Counted from the whole stretch's first letter, positions 10,721 through 22,830 are shown. The stretch: DNA of 54,960 nt, filler included, from Jimgerdemannia flammicorona (GCA_003990765.1; 2 parts of 2 records of this genome joined end to end with filler, not necessarily neighbours in it), one strand, 5' to 3'. A program made the numbers and translations. Notes: generated by a model not told the origin, from the letters alone.

Positions 10721-12171
10721 TGTAACAGACCAAAACGTACCACCTGAATTATAACTTAGCCAGATGACATGAACAATTAGCATACTTACTCAGCATGATG
10801 TGACTTCCAGTGTATCATAGTTACTCATGCCTGCCATACTTATAATTAGCCAAGACACCAGATCAGGATTGTTTACCTGTGTCCTGAGAACACACTCATG
10901 TCCTACTGATACACTTATGTCCTGCAGACACACTCATGTCCTGCGGACACACCCAAACATTACCAAAGATAGCAAATCTATAGTTAGCCACATAGTAACC
11001 AGATAGCAACCAACTTGTATAAATTACCCCAGAGGCAAGAGTGAATAAAACCTCAGTCCGAATTGAAGTGCAAACCAAAGAAGCCTCTAAAGATTGAGCA
11101 ATTGGTCCCCTTATTCCCACTCCGGTCCACTTTCTGATACAAAGAAGAGTTTGTTACATTTTTGGTTCGCTTGCCAGATAAGCCTGAAGATTTACCACCT
11201 AAGTTCAAGGAGAACTTTGCCGCCTTTTGAAGAACCCACCGCTTAAGGAATAAGCTGCGCTTTTGGTATGCTTGCCAGATAAGCCTGAAGAATCCCAGTT
11301 TCCTGCCAAGTTCAAGGAAGAACTTCGCCGCATTCCCAGAAAGCCGCCTTGCCCAAGCCAGTTTCTGATGCAACTTCGCAGTGATCCGTTTGTGCAAATG
11401 AAGCCAGTCTTTGATGCAACTTTGCCAAGAGACCCTTTCCAAGCCACCATCCCGTTCCCCAGTTAGAGCCCACCGATTTAGGAAGAATCTGCACCATCCA
11501 AGTTAATTTCCAGTTAAGCTGCCATTTTCAGGAAGCCCGCCAAATTAGGAGAATCCATGTCATCCACTGTTTCCAAGATTATCCACTGTATTCCCAGTTG
11601 AAGCTGAAACCACAATATCCGAGTTATTCATCATTTCTAGTGAGCCCAAGTTATCAAGTTATCTGCCACCCAAGTTATTCCCCAAGAACCCCACTGTTTC
11701 AGGAAGAACCCATACCATACATTCCCAGTGAGCCAAATTGAGCTATCCACCAGAAATTGCATACTTTTGAAGATCATCGCACTATACAGGAATCGCCCAC
11801 CACCCAAGAAGGAGAACTGCTAAATTGCCAGACCGTCATGCACAAGATCGTCGTGCTACACAAAGATCATCGCACTAAGACCATCACCTAGAAATCACAT
11901 ACTTTTGGAAAATACCTTGCTATACAAAATTGTACCATTCCCAGTTGACCCAAGAAGGAAAAGACATACAAACCGCCGCTACACCCAGAGAACTGTCCCA
12001 ATAAGGAAATCGCTCACAGATATCCAGCTTTCACTATTATACCGCTAAACACCAAGGACCTCAGGAATCTTAGAACATTTTGTTGCTTTTTGACAAAGTA
12101 ACTGGGGGCTCAAGCCAAACTACATCAACCCCCAACCTTGTAATTTGCCTCCATTGAGCCAGCACATTACA
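10721..12171 (+). repeat. 3' LTR of Gypsy family 1 (1451 bp)
   Basis: Direct repeat of 1659-3129. Differences are mostly transitions plus tandem-unit copy number. Confidence 0.97.
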
Positions 12172-12325
12172 ATGTGAATGAACAGAAAATGGTACTATAT
12201 ATCTGAAATACATCCTCACAGAGTATATGATTGCAGACTTATTGACCAAGACCCTTCTAAGATTGAAATTCAAACAATGCACTGAAGAGATGGGTCTTAT
12301 GAGCTATATATCAGTATTTAGTTAA
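12172..12325 (+). pseudogene. C-terminus of Copia RNase H (continuation of 151-1658)
   Basis: ENGTIYLKYILTEYMIADLLTKTL...FKQCTEEMGL matches the Copia ADxLTKxL motif. Confidence 0.9.
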
Positions 12326-12658
12326 CTATGGGATAATTTTCAAGTTATCAAAAGTCTCTTATACTATCTATATATCTAACTTCTATATTGGTTACATCAC
12401 TCATCTATGAGTGGGTTATAGCATATTTTTGTAGATATTTTCGAGTATATTTCAGAATACCTTTTGATCTGTAAAAATTTCTACATTAGTCTAAACCTAT
12501 ATTACTAGTCTTTTACTCTATTCTTTACCTATTTTCATACTTATAGGCAGGGAATTTTGACCTTCTGTAGTTATCTAGATAATATCCCATTAGTTATATT
12601 TGGTTTAATCTATTCTAGTTTATATTCTTTTTAGGTTACATATCTCATAGGGCAGAAG

Positions 12659-12985
12659 TATTGAGATGACAACTAAATATACCAGCATATGATCTTATAT
12701 GATTCTATCAGATTTATGTTATTCATTAGTAATGTAAGAAATATATGATCTACACAACTTCAATAAAATCATCTCTCTTTATGACAGATTGTGAAGCCTT
12801 AACCAATATAGCAGAAGGAAAGGATAATATCATAATGAAGACTATATATAGTCATCATAAGACACTTGATATCCTAGATATTAGCCTTAAGTGCAATTTA
12901 ATTTTTTATGGCTCATTCCAACTAGTTGTATAAGTATATATATATAACTATAAGAGGATATATAAATATACTAATCTTTCTAATA
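12659..12985 (+). repeat. Probable 3' LTR of the Copia relic
   Basis: Purine tract AGGGCAGAAG followed by TATTG (from TGTTG), ending TAATA (from CAACA). No partner LTR is in the window. Confidence 0.45.
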
Positions 12986-14619
12986 TTTTTAGTTTCTGTA
13001 TCTTTCTAATTTAATCACAAACTTAGTGTCCTAGTAGATGACTACAAATAAATTTATTATTCTGGCCAATTCTACAGATTGTACAAGCTCTCAATTAAAT
13101 CACAGTTAACTGTAAGGGACTTATAAATACATTAAATATAATTGATCAGGGTTTGTCAAATCTCCATTTTTGTCATAGAGATTATATGTCTATTTTTTGC
13201 TTTACTATAGGTCTTACATACTGGAGCAGACCTTGATCAGCCAGAAGAGCCATCTCACATAAAATTCCTCACAACCTATAAGTACACATCTATTATCTCA
13301 TTTAAGTAAGATCAAACTTCATTATAGAATTCATTATCTATATATCTCTATCTTTATTGGTGAAGTAAAGTCAAATTAGAGTAGATAGAGACCTCTGTAT
13401 AATAATAAAAAGAGATAAGGGCTATTATTGTGTTCTACTCATATGAGTTAACTAGACAAAATCAGATATAAGGAAATTTTTTCTGATATTGATTAAATAT
13501 TCTGGTAATTGAAAATTTCAGAGGTTGTTTGGCCCCTTTATCTGGTAAGTAGAAAGTCAGATTTCTAACCAGAAGTAAGCAATAAGTTATAAAAATTATT
13601 TCCAAAACTAATCTGGTCCATTTATTAATTCAATGATATATTTGTCTAATATCTAATATATTATTCTCACTATTATCCTCCAGGTCTTCTTCAACTCATG
13701 CTCCTTTTTAGATTTATTCTGTGGCTCTAGAGCTCCCTTCTTCTGATTCTTACCTATGGGCCCTCTTTATACTCCTCTCACCCAGGGCTCTAGGTGCTCT
13801 TCAAAACTCATCTATACTATAAGCAAGTACTTTTTTATAAACCTATTAACTGTGGAATCCACCATCATCTATAGTGATATCTGTTTCTGGCAAAGCCCTC
13901 TCTCTCTCTTCTCTCTTCTCCTAGTCTCCTCTCACTCTTTCTCTGGGCCTGCATCTTCCTAAATTATCCTAAATCAGAGCTGAATTAGTTCATCCTAGAG
14001 CATTTCATCCCCAGTGATTCTATGACCCTGGTATTATAGTAGAATAACAGTTTTTGAAGTATGTTTTTGATGCATGAGAATTGAGATTTGTATCCTTATA
14101 TATGAAATACCATAGATGAGAGTTTATAGAGTAGAGTCATGTGATATAGTATGATAATATTATGATCTAATTGATGTAGCTGGACAGTCAGTACTAGTGA
14201 GAAATAGAAGTAGTATTCATGTCATCATATAATATCAGATATTGTAAGCAGGTAGTTTGAACTATTTTTAGAGACAGAATGTGATTCAGTTCTCATACCT
14301 ACCCTGGAACTATCTTGCAATCTCATTCCAATAGACAAAGAGTAGATAGAGATCAATTCAATCCATGCTTCTATAAAAAATAGGTATAATGAAATAATTT
14401 TAATTATAATATTATAGATATTTTAAATTTGGATATATATATTTTAGCAAAAAAAAAAAATAAAAATAAAAATAAAGAATAGTCCATATCTGGAATTTAG
14501 AACCAAGAAGTCTGTGACTCAAGAGTCCTTTACTCACATTTCTACTCTGTAAATCATTCTCAGATCTTGAATATTTAAGCAAATCAATTTGAGATAATAT
14601 TTACAATACCTTATTGAAG

Positions 14620-15290
14620 AAGAGGGAGTGCCAGCATCATCATTATTGAGAGCAAGTCACTATATAGTGAGTATTTTTAAGAGAGACAATTAACTGATTC
14701 TAAAATATCAAAATGCAAAAAGGGAAATATATGCAACATGTGATGAAACCAAATTTAGTACTATACCATTACTAGTGACACTATAGGACTAATGTTTCTC
14801 AATGGGCTCTGGGATATGAGAATACAAATAAATACTCATGATTCATAACTGCAGAAGAGAGAGCAGTCATCAAGGCAATTGATCAACTAAAAGATGATAT
14901 TATTTCTAAAAGATATAAAGAACTGACTATTGTAAAATACAAATATGAGAAAACAGAAATATATGCAATATATTATAAAATACAAAAATGCAAGAATGGA
15001 AAAGTATGAAAATTTAAACCTGGTGCTATTCTGTTATCAGTGGGACTATATTGATAATTTTTTCTGAATAGGCTTTGAGATATGAATAAAAATAAATGCT
15101 AGTGATTTGTAACTAAAGAAGAGAGAGTGTCAGTATTGCTGTCATCAGGAGCATGTTATTTTTGAGAGATATAATAAACTGACTATTGTGAAATGTAAAA
15201 ATTCAAGAAGATAAATATACCAAAGTATCAAAGTTGTGTGTTATATAGTTGTTAGTAGCTCTATATAGATAATTTTTCTAAATATATAGA
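14620..15290. repeat. About three decayed tandem units of about 250 bp
   Basis: GAAGAGRGAG...AACTGACTATTGT-like...AAATATATGCAA blocks recur near 14620, 14853 and 15118. Confidence 0.5.
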
Positions 15291-15734
15291 ACTGCATTTA
15301 TCTTGACTTAGGGGGTACAGATTAAAGTCCAAAAACCCTTTTGAATCACTATGACAAAATATGATGAAATAAGGTAGATACTCAGTCTCAAAAACTATGA
15401 CTCAACTACTCCAATTTGGAATTTCCTATTGAAATCAACCATCATACTCAATTTAAATAATTGCAGATTGTCTACTCATATAAAACTCACTTGAGATCTA
15501 TAGTATTATACAATATGCTATCTTGTAGTTTGCATTATATACTATCTATACTACTCTAGAATTTAACTATAATAGTATTTTCTATAGTTTCTATCATTAA
15601 TAGTATCAAAAATATCAATGAGGTTTGATATGTAGAATGTTATTTCATTTCAGAGGATGAGCTCTCTCAGTTTTACAATGGTAGAGAATTGAAATGTAGT
15701 TGAATTTATTTGTTAACAAAAATGATATTATTTC

Positions 15735-15880
15735 TCTCATCCATAATCTCCTCCTAATCTGCAACTACCTCCTAGCCTGAAAATCCCTCTCCATCTCCCT
15801 CCATAACTATAACCTCTCTTTCTATATATATATAACCCCATCTGCAACCCCTTCCCTAACCACAATCTCTTCCCCACCTA
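15735..15880 (-). mobile_element. Short LINE ORF2 fragment
   Basis: C-rich tract resembling the LINE segments at about 30150-30300 and 54790-54920. Confidence 0.35.
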
Positions 15881-15889
15881 TAGCTAATA

Positions 15890-17369
15890 AGAGAGGTGGA
15901 CTTGTTGTATAGGATAAGTACATTGCTGATAAGACTGAGAAGGAGACCATAGAAGATGAGAATGAAGTGGTGGTAGGTGAAGTCTAGCTAGTAGTACTTG
16001 ACACCAGAGAGAATAAAGCTATTGGAGGCCAAGGGCATGGCAATTCAGATTCCCAGTATAAGAGGAGAGGATTTGTATCAATTGCAATACTCTAATATTA
16101 ATATAGTTGATATTTACTCTCTTTATCTCCTCCAAAATCTCAGTTATATACTAAAGATAATAGGTAAAGCACCTGAGTTGGTTCTTGTAGAAGATGATTC
16201 AGAAGAAAAAACTGGAATATATATTGTAACGGTGACCCCAGAATGATGACATCAGCACAGGAGACAGCCTTTCTTTACAAGCCACCAGATCAGAGTACAA
16301 GAAGATCATACAGCATATGAGATGAGCAACGATGACCAACTGTGAGTCATTGTGACCACAGCACAAGCATTCTGAGGAATATAAAAGAAGGATCAAGGAA
16401 CTGCAGTAGCAGCAACCATTGAAGTAGAGTAGATAGACTTGTCTTTTACTTTAGATTCCATTTTGGACTAAGGGCTATTCACTCTTGTCACTAGAGTATT
16501 TTATACTGTTGTAGTTGCTATCTGGTTATTTAATGGCTAATTAAAGAAGACTATTTATGGCAGATATTTCTGGTTCAGTATAAGTATTCAGTTCCTATAT
16601 TTAGGTCCTATACAGACTTTCTGATATATCTGGTTAATTATATAAGTTGTTATGACAAAGCAGTTCTAGATGTCCCCAGATATGTTAGACTGTCTTTTAT
16701 ACACCTAGATATATTTGACTATCTTTTTGTTTGCCTATGACTATTAAGTACACCCACTATATAGTTATTTTACAATATTTTTGGTATGATTTCTGCTGCT
16801 TATTACAATATATATTTGGTATATTTAATTAAAACTGGTTGTCAATAGGCTCAGGACACTATTTCTCTCACATATGTTATCATTCTTCATACTTTGTTAT
16901 CCATGTCTTGTACTTCTCTCATAGTTGACCAGCATCTATGTATTCTACTTCTGCTTTACTCTGGGATAAACTCCTGTATTACCAGATTCCTTTTGGAATG
17001 ACTCTCAGCTATTCAGCAATAATTCTTCAATAAGCCATAAATCAGTTTCTGGTTTTATATTTTCACCCTGGGACAAGTATTTGCCAAGCAGGAGATAGAT
17101 ACTATATTAGGTAGATGGGAGAGACAGAGGCAGATCAGTCAAATTGCTATTGAGTAGAAAAGGAAAAGGTATGGACATATAGTAGCAATTTAATGACTCA
17201 TTTTTCACTCAAGCTTACTGATCCAAGTTTATTATTTTATTTGACTATACAAAATAGAATAGATATGTGTGATCCTATAAATATGGCATCATGGTTGACA
17301 AAGTTTATTCCAATTATGTTTATAATGTATATCTTGTACCTTGTATTTGGTGAGTAGGTACAAATATAT
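15890..17369. pseudogene. Decayed coding relic, probably a DNA transposon, split by an LTR and partly inverted (15890-16224 on +, 16419-17369 on -)
   Basis: The ORF starting at 15998 continues in frame for about 45 codons into the reverse complement of sequence left of 17370. Product not recognised. Confidence 0.4.
16225..16418 (+). repeat. 5' 194 bp of a family-2 LTR (truncated)
   Basis: Starts TGTAACGGTGACCCCAG. Near-identical inverted copy of 18729-18922. Confidence 0.92.
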
Positions 17370-17677
17370 ATATTGTCATGTAGTGGTTGCTGAGTCCTTC
17401 AAATATGCCAGATTCTCTTCAAGGTGTATCTCTTAGACTAACTCAAGTTGTATAAGCAAGTTCTTATTGGAGTGCCTTCCCAAGGTCTTATAGTCCTCAA
17501 ACTTCTTATCTTTAACTGTCTTGTTATCTCTTAGATTGCTTGCAAGGAAGTGTGTGTATTGCACTGAGAGGAACTGACTTTATTTCAAAGGAAATAAGAG
17601 AGGTATTTATACAAAATATAATTCAATGGTTGCTAAGATATAAAGCTAAATATAAATTTCAATAACTAAAACTACTG

Positions 17678-17817
17678 AGTTCCAGGGCTGGCATTATTTA
17701 GTATCACATCAAAATGCCAGTGCTGGAATAATTTCGCATCACCTCAGAATACCAGTGCTGGCATTATCCAGTGTTACATGAGAATACCAGTGCTGGTATT
17801 ATCTAGTGTAACAAAGA
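17678..17817. repeat. Four 35-bp tandem units with a palindromic core AATRCCAG-TG-CTGGYATT
   Basis: Cores at about 17678 (degenerate), 17713, 17748 and 17783, immediately downstream of the LTR ORF stop codon. Confidence 0.85.
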
Positions 17818-17822
17818 ACTTT

Positions 17823-18680
17823 TTAGAGCAGAAAGTTCAGGATCATGGGAGCTTCATCATCATCATCATCATCATCACTGAAGGAGATGAGGTCTGCGAA
17901 TTCGTCATGTAGGTCGCGCGTTTCGCGTACTTCGCATGCCTCGTCGCTCGGTTCGCGTGCTTCGGGTATGTCGTGCGGGATGACGTCATCGATGACGTCA
18001 TCACGTTCGGCTGTGGCGGGGAAATTGGGAACACGGTCTGGAGCTCTCCAGTCTATGAGGTTCTCTTCCACAAAATAGGGGACAAATGTGGGGTCTTGGG
18101 GAGATTTAACCCGGATGCTCAGGCCTTGGAATACTGAGATCAATCCTTGCAGGAATTGGTCTGGGTTGTCCTGAAGGATAGGGTGCCAGAAGTCTTCTAC
18201 TTCTACGCTGTTGAGGGTGATGGTGGACTGGGCTTCTGTGGCTACCCTAGCTTCTAGTGCATTGATATGGCAGGATGACAGGTCTCTGAAGTCTGAGACT
18301 CTAACATACTCCAAGTTGGGGATTGACCATGGTGTATGCCTGAAGATCTGATGGATCTTCTTTACCATCCTTGCCTCACATAGGTCTATGGGGGTGGCAT
18401 CTTGTAGCTCTTGAGGGCTGGCCTGTGGGAACTTCCAGCAGAGGAGGTTTCCTATTTCGTACTCCTGCCACATTTGGAGACATTCGGTGGCAAGGGTGAT
18501 CCTTGTTTTCATTTTATGGCGGTAGAGGATAAAGTGATAGGGGTCTGCAGTACCCAGGTTGATGCTAGGAGTCCTTCTTGAGTGGGTCCTCATGGCTCTT
18601 CTGATGTCTTGAAACATCCTTTCCTCGACCAAGATACCTTGATGATTCCTTGATCTTGAGATTTGGTGGGCAGCAGGCAT
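17823..18680 (-). CDS. Intact 285-aa LTR-encoded protein of unknown function with an acidic C-terminus
   Basis: ATG in AAAATG context, open through to ...APMILNFLL*. Start and stop positions are conserved in the decayed copies in the other family-2 LTRs. Confidence 0.85.
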   Translation of the reverse strand: MPAAHQISRSRNHQGILVEERMFQDIRRAMRTHSRRTPSINLGTADPYHFILYRHKMKTRITLATECLQMWQEYEIGNLLCWKFPQASPQELQDATPIDLCEARMVKKIHQIFRHTPWSIPNLEYVRVSDFRDLSSCHINALEARVATEAQSTITLNSVEVEDFWHPILQDNPDQFLQGLISVFQGLSIRVKSPQDPTFVPYFVEENLIDWRAPDRVPNFPATAERDDVIDDVIPHDIPEAREPSDEACEVRETRDLHDEFADLISFSDDDDDDDEAPMILNFLL

Positions 18681-18922
18681 TTTGTTTGTGGTAAGTCTTT
18701 GAGCTATTTTGGGATTGGTGGTTCTTGTTGGTTACTGCTACTGCAGTTCCTTGATCCTTCTTTTATATTCTTCAGGATGCTTGTGCTGTGGTCACAATGA
18801 CTCACAGTTGGTCATCATTGCTCATCTCGTATGCCGTATGATCTTCTTGTACTCTGATCTGGTGGCTTGTAAAGAAAGGCTGTCTCCTGTGCTGATGTCA
18901 TCATTCTGGGGTCACCATTACA

Positions 18923-20500
18923 ATAGTTATAGAATATATATCTTTCCTTTTTATAGATGAAGTATAGACTCTGATTATAATTCTATTTTTATTTATTATT
19001 ACTATATATCTTAGTTTTTTTATATTTCTTTTGGCTATTTTGAACCTTGTTTCCAGATGAGATAACTCTTCTGTCTTACTAATCTTTTTTGGATTTTCAG
19101 TTTTATAGAACCTAAGTAGCTAGGATTTATAGATTATATATTATACTTGAGTAAAACACTATAAGAAGTATCTATATCTCTAAGGAAGACTTTGTTTCTT
19201 AATTTTCTAGATAAGTCAATCTGATAAAACTATAAAGAGATAATTAGTTTTAATACTATTAATAGCTAGATTGTTTTTTTAGTAGATAGGTCTCATAGTT
19301 TTGAAGTAGACATCTATCCTTATAGTAAAGATTTTGAAATTCTCCTCACTAATCTTATGAAACTTCATATGGGCCAGCTTATTCTAGATCTCTTAAATAT
19401 AGGCTATATTTTGGAATTTTTTCAGCAAAAGGTCTTAAGTCCTGGAGTTATATTATATTTATTCTATTCTAGTTTATTATTAGTTGGGTTCTATATAATA
19501 ACTTAAGAGTAATTTTCTTAGATTACTAAATATTCTTCTAGAATATACTAGAACCTAATTATTATTTCTAAGAAAAAGTTTATAACTATTTTTACTTCAG
19601 CTGTAAAAGTAGTAAATAGTTGTAGAATAGAATTCTCTATTATTAATAAGTATTCAAGAGGATACTTGGTCATTATTCTACTGATTGGTATAATATCCTA
19701 TATTAACTATATTAATGAAGCTTTCAAAATTACCATTCTTTCTACTAAAGGTTGAAATTTACAAATTCTTAACAAGTTTATTCTATTTAGCTATTTAGTT
19801 TATGATTTTTATCAGAGCTAATAATTGCTAGATTAATACTTAGATATAACTAATAATTATTATAATTGTTACTGAGAATACTATGAAAGTTAATTCTTCT
19901 GATGAGATTTCTACTTGATATAGTTGAGGTACTATATAACTGGGGGTTGCTTAGTTCTTAAACAAGAGATCAAATAGATTAGTGAGAGTAGATAGTCTAA
20001 ATCTCTAAACTGTAATCAATTTTGTTTAAATATCTATTGTCATTAGCTTATATACTTGATCACTAAGAATAGTTGGTTGGAATATTCTTAGGCCTGTATT
20101 TTCTTATTGACTATCATCAGATTGATATCCTTCTTGGTCTTCTTTATAGTTACTATCTTAGTGAATTTGAGTATTGTGATACCAACTTAATTCTTTAAAA
20201 AGAATTTCTAGTTCTGATTGGATAAATAGTCTTACTTCTTATTCTAAAGTCTGTAAGAGTGGGTCCCACTATTCTTGCTCTAGTCTGATCATAAAGTTTA
20301 TATGGTAGATTTCTACTTAGTAATAGAGTGAGATTCAGGTTAGAGTAGTGTGATATTGATCTGAATCAATCTACTCCTCAGCTGCTATTCATACTTTAGA
20401 GTCAGCAATATAGTCTAAGAATTTCTGATTAATTATAGTAATTGATTCTGAGGTTCTTGTATAGCTAGTGTGATTTTGAACAAGTACATTGAACCTTTGG
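18923..20500 (-). pseudogene. Very decayed Gypsy-like integrase region
   Basis: Only faint integrase-like residues, and a purine tract near 18940-18953 on the minus strand. Very AT-rich. Confidence 0.3.
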
Positions 20501-21497
20501 CAGCTGTAGATATTTCCAAGACCTGGGTGGTAGTTTCTAAATATATATCTCATAATAAATAAGAATTAAATTTGAATAGACTTTAACTCATTTAAATTAT
20601 ATAGCTATTAAACAATAGTTTACTATAGCCAGTACCTTTATTATAATAAAAAATAATAAATAAAAAAACAGTTATACTGTTTGTGAGCATATATCATATC
20701 AGTGCTTTTCTCTATTTCTATACTCCTTTTATTTTATTTCATTGTTTTGCATTCTGCATATATATATTTCTGAGACACTTGTGAAATATCTTTGGTTAAA
20801 CGATAATTGCCAATAGAAAGAGAAATTTCAAAAGAGGAAAAGTTGAATTTGTTGCAAAGAACTATGATTTACCATTCATTCCGAATTATAAGAAAATCAA
20901 ATAAATAAAATAAATGATACATCTCAAGTTGATCTCAAATTACATTTGACATGTACTCTTCTATTGAACTTCCTTTCATAATGCAGTTGCAGCTCGTGGT
21001 TATGCATACATGGGAAGTATGTTTTATCAAACACTCGGGAGGGGATAATGGGTCGAGGCGTTTATGTTCTTGGTGATACTTGAGAGCCAAGGCGAAAAAC
21101 TGGTGTCATTATAATTGTTTTGCATTATATGAAGATTTCAAGGAGATAGAGATGGCGTAGTACACATTTGCTATTTTGGTTAGTACTGAATCGGGCGTGG
21201 ATGTTTTCCAATATTTGGGAATTTTTAAGAGCGGATACGAGTGGATACGAGCGCCATACATCGAGTGCCTGTGCAATGTATTTGGTACAAGATATGACGT
21301 TTGTAGGGTGGTTTTCTGAAGCTAAGCGTGTATTTGAATTCCTTTGAGATCGCGGAATATACGTAGAGGTGGGATAAAAACAAAAGAAAAAATACACAAT
21401 GTGTAATATTTATTGTATATATCACCAAAGAATTATTCAACAGTAACCAATTCGGCGAATCTGTTTACACTGCACCCTCTCCATTTCTATCTTCTCT

Positions 21498-22727
21498 TTA
21501 CAAATACTTCTTCACATACTCCTCACTTACACTCCACAACCTCTCCGCTGCATTTGGATCTTTCGCCTGCTCGGTTTTCGGGCTGGACACGCTTACATCC
21601 TCCAGATATGCTCCGCCCTTGCCCTTGAGCTCGGGTGCCACAAGCGCCCACACTTGAGTCGCGGTTCCCTGTGGCAAGGTCTTTAATTCCGGCCCATAAT
21701 TGCCCTTGGCATCTGTCCACCCTCTCTGGATAGCTTCCTCGATGGGGATGTGGCGCTGAAGCGGAGTCGGAATTCCACCGGGATGGATGCTGAAGGCTTC
21801 GATGCCCTTGGAAGCATAGAGCTTGTTGAGTTCGTAGGCGAAGAGAATGTTTGCGGTTTTGGATTGACCATACGCTTTCCATTTGTCGTAAGGGCGCGTG
21901 GTGAAATTCGGATCGGAGAAGTCGACACCGTCTGGAGTTGATAAAGAAAACGGAAGTAGGGAAACAGGTACGGGATGTGAGATGGAATGATACCTTGCTC
22001 GTCAACCTTCAACGTCCGGAAGTAAAGCGGTGAGCAAACTCCCAAGAAACCAAGGTCGCTCACCTAAACGGTGACCGGAGGAACTGACGACAACCACGCG
22101 GGCTGGAGCATTAGCTACGAGGTTGTCAATCAAGAGTCGAGTGAGGAGGTAGTGTGCGACGTGGTTCGTGCCAAACTGAGTTTCGAAACCATCAACGGTA
22201 TTGCCAAAGGGGGGGGCCATAATTCCTGAAGAAGACCGATTAATAAGTTGGACGCTCAGCAACGAAAGGCCGTGTCAAACATAAACATTAAAGGAATTTT
22301 CTGCTTACCGGCATTGAGGATTAGCCCATTCAGCAGCACGCCGGAAGCCTTGACCTCGTCAGCAAAGGCCTTGACGCTGGCGAGGCTAGACAAGTCCAAT
22401 TTGTAGTAGGTAATTTCGGCCGTGGGAGTCTCCGCCTTGATATTTGCAACTACCTTTTCGCCGGCAGCGAGGTCGCGGGCGCTGAAAATAATTTTGGCAC
22501 CGTGCTTCGCCAAGACACGTACACTTTCCTCGCCTGTGAAGGTGCAAATTTCATGCGTCAATTATCTTTTCGAAGAAAATGGAAAGAAATCTGTGTATAT
22601 ATTACACACCAAGGCCGGAGGTGCCGCCCGTGATAAGAAAGGTTTTTCTCTGGACATCGATATCATCGCGGGAGAGGACCTCCCCAGCAGTGGTGCGGTA
22701 GCCGGGGGGTTCGGTGTTAGCGGACAT
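21498..22727 (-). CDS. Short-chain dehydrogenase/reductase (retinol dehydrogenase/WWOX-like), 312 aa, 4 exons: 22727-22610, 22533-22309, 22225-22064, 21931-21498
   Basis: TGGTSGLG NAD(P)-binding motif, LNAGIM, GFETQFGTNH, VVVSS, catalytic YGQSK, IHPGGI and AERLW. Three GT-AG introns; exon lengths sum to 939 nt in frame. Confidence 0.95.
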
Positions 22728-22772
22728 CGTTGTTGATTGATTAGAGTGGGAAACTTGGGGAATGGCACGACC

Positions 22773-22830
22773 ATTTATACCATGTGTGCAGTGGTCACCA
22801 GTGGTCACCTTATGCCGAAGTGTGACGTGT
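22773..22830 (-). promoter_or_regulatory. Putative SDR promoter: TATA box and tandem 10-bp repeat
   Basis: GTATAAAT (minus, 22780-22773) lies about 46 bp upstream of the ATG. CAGTGGTCAC occurs twice at 22789-22808, and TGACGT near 22823. Confidence 0.45.

Larger units (their letters stand above)
1659..12171 (+). mobile_element. Full-length Ty3/Gypsy LTR retrotransposon, family 1 (gag-PR-Cys/His insert-dUTPase-RT-RH-IN-accessory ORF)
   Basis: Paired TGTAAC...TTACA LTRs, PBS, Gypsy domain order and a 4-bp TSD ATAT/ATGT. Copia RNase H resumes immediately after 12171. Confidence 0.97.
17374..18922 (-). mobile_element. Complete unpaired LTR of Gypsy family 2 (1549 bp)
   Basis: Homologous end to end with 35334-36907 and 43712-45282, TG...CA ends, non-matching flanks ATAT/ATAG. 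Confidence 0.95.

Noticed and set aside
12990..14450. Possible decayed DNA-transposon coding region
   Set aside because: CpG-depleted and repeat-like, but no motif I can identify.
17678..17817. CRISPR-like spacing of palindromic repeats (also 49605-50345)
   Set aside because: The inter-core sequences resemble each other, there are no cas genes, and the context is a eukaryotic TE.
21523..22063. ORF-track calls 21523-22005 and 21683-22063, and plus-strand ORFs over the SDR gene
   Set aside because: Off-frame or antisense shadows of the spliced SDR gene.
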